Source: Pseudomonas sp. NPDC089554
Lineage (GTDB): Bacteria; Pseudomonadota; Gammaproteobacteria; Pseudomonadales; Pseudomonadaceae
Reading direction: 5' to 3'
DNA: 32,000 bases
Assembly (NCBI RefSeq): GCF_050280645.1
Contig: NZ_JBNNVR010000017.1
Location: 35,242-67,241 of the forward strand
Part shown: one piece after another, positions 31,053 through 32,000 of the stretch
Numbering within the stretch: the stretch's first letter is position 1
Layout of the letters: every line of letters starts with the position of its first letter
Translations under genes and position numbers: made by a program
The notes under the pieces: generated by a model
What the model was told of the DNA's origin: nothing
Database searches by the model: none
What the model saw: only the letters and a program-made list of their open reading frames with translations

Positions 31053-31346
31053 ATGGAACTGAAACAAGCATTCGGGCAGGCTCTTAAGCAGCTCAGAATG
31101 AGCCAAGGGCTCACTCAGGAGGATTTTTCCGACGTAAGCAGTAGAACCTATCTCAGCACGCTTGAACGAGGCCTGAAGAGCCCGACCCTCGATAAGCTTG
31201 ACGAGATTGCATATGTCATGGAGGTGCACCCCGTGTCGATCCTTGTCCACAGTTACTTGCTGCGCGATAGATCAATGACCATCGAGCAACTGTTCAAACG
31301 TGTTCAGGAAGAACATGCGGAGTCACAGCATCGAACTCGCCATTAA
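31053..31346 (+). CDS. Small XRE-family HTH regulator
   Basis: ATG 31053 is preceded by GAGG. 'FGQALKQLRMSQGLTQEDFSDVSSRTYLSTLERGLKSPTLDKL' is a canonical XRE/Cro HTH. Its last ~17 codons are encoded antisense to the integrase remnant. Confidence 0.75.
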   Translation: MELKQAFGQALKQLRMSQGLTQEDFSDVSSRTYLSTLERGLKSPTLDKLDEIAYVMEVHPVSILVHSYLLRDRSMTIEQLFKRVQEEHAESQHRTRH

Positions 31347-32000
31347 AGGCATTTCTAAGTTCGGCGAAAACAGCATTCACGGCACTGAGCGACAGGGGCG
31401 ACCCTGTGCCCATGGCGATGAACAGGAATGGGTGACGCCTTGCGCCTTCAGTGTTTCGGCGTGTATTCGTTATATATTCGTGCGTCAGCCTGCAAAGACC
31501 TGGGGATAACGGAATTTTTCTATCACGTGTCTTGACCAATGGCTGATCCTTTCGGGGATCCTCCGGATCGTCTGCCCGTCTGGCCACAATCAGCTCTTCC
31601 GACTGGAAGTTAATGTCGGGAATTTTTACATTTAAAAGTTCGCCACGACGTAGGCCAAGCTCGTAGAACCAGCGAACTAGGAGAGCATTTCGAATGCGTG
31701 TGCTCTTCCCCTTCCAAGGGTTGTCCGGTGATGTTGGCGACGTAACACTGAGAAGTCTCTCCACCACCTCTGGCTGAAGCCCTTCCCGCTGCCCAATAGT
31801 ATTTCTCCCTTTATGGCGCGGCAGTCGCGCGCCCAGCGCATCCTTGCAAGACGTCCACTCATTCCAAAGCCTCGCGCCCTCAGTTGCACCCGGGTGATAG
31901 CGAGCCATATGGTATCGCACGAGCCAATCAAGATAGTCCCGGATGACCCGAATTCGGTTAGCTGCGGTATGACCTGCCACCTCTGGTGGTGCAAGTTTTC
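31294..32000 (-). pseudogene. Tyrosine recombinase/integrase, C-terminally truncated (N-terminus continues beyond the window)
   Basis: The ORF is open to the window edge. Arg-I context 'ELGLRRGELLNVKIPDINF' is present. Box II begins 'TPHVL' but then reads 'PEHV*' instead of the expected 'RH...'. No HxxR arginine, second His or catalytic Tyr follows. It overlaps the converging XRE gene by 53 bp. Confidence 0.7.

Larger units (their letters stand above)
18090..32000. mobile_element. Horizontally acquired defence island (right end outside the window), with a truncated tyrosine integrase at its right side
   Basis: The GC content drops abruptly compared with 1-18,090. No REP elements occur inside it. 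Its cargo is Abi, SIR2-HerA, nuclease/NTPase genes, XRE and integrase. Sub-blocks differ in composition, which indicates a mosaic. The left boundary is only approximate (18,090-18,260). Confidence 0.75.

Noticed and set aside
18090-32000. Search for a CRISPR array, IS element or transposase, toxin-antitoxin pair or retron ncRNA in the island
   Set aside because: No regularly spaced direct repeats were seen. No DDE or transposase-like ORF was seen. No small adjacent gene pair with toxin-antitoxin features was seen. No reverse-transcriptase motif (YxDD) appears in any listed ORF.

Overview
The window has two parts. Positions 1 to about 18,090 are high-GC Pseudomonas core chromosome. I place it in the P. 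putida group because it carries two inverted pairs of the species-typical REP sequence, and the gene order matches what I recall of the KT2440 PP_0489-PP_0507 region. This core holds an ABC permease, a DUF3299 protein, OprG/OmpW, two sugar-nucleotide SDR genes, an alpha/beta hydrolase, an XRE regulator, an AGCS alanine/glycine symporter and asparaginase. It also holds a complete selenocysteine module on the minus strand: tRNA-Sec selC, selB, selA and fdhE-fdoIHG. The ORF track splits fdoG into two ORFs at an in-frame TGA, which is a Sec codon followed by a SECIS hairpin. From about 18,090 to the window end the composition drops sharply, to roughly 40-50% GC by hand counts on sample lines. This part is a mosaic anti-phage defence island. 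It contains an Abi_2-family gene, a translationally coupled pair of paralogous Mrr-like plus Cys-cluster proteins with no system assignment I recognise, and a SIR2-HerA system. It also contains a 1,516-aa Mrr-like/STAND-type NTPase tightly followed by a 506-aa unknown partner, a small XRE regulator, and a tyrosine integrase. The integrase is cut off inside its HxLR box and overlapped by the converging XRE gene. The best novelty candidates are the paralog pair (19,660-21,215) and the giant NTPase plus partner operon (24,753-30,838). All functional calls rest on motifs read by eye. No database search was run.
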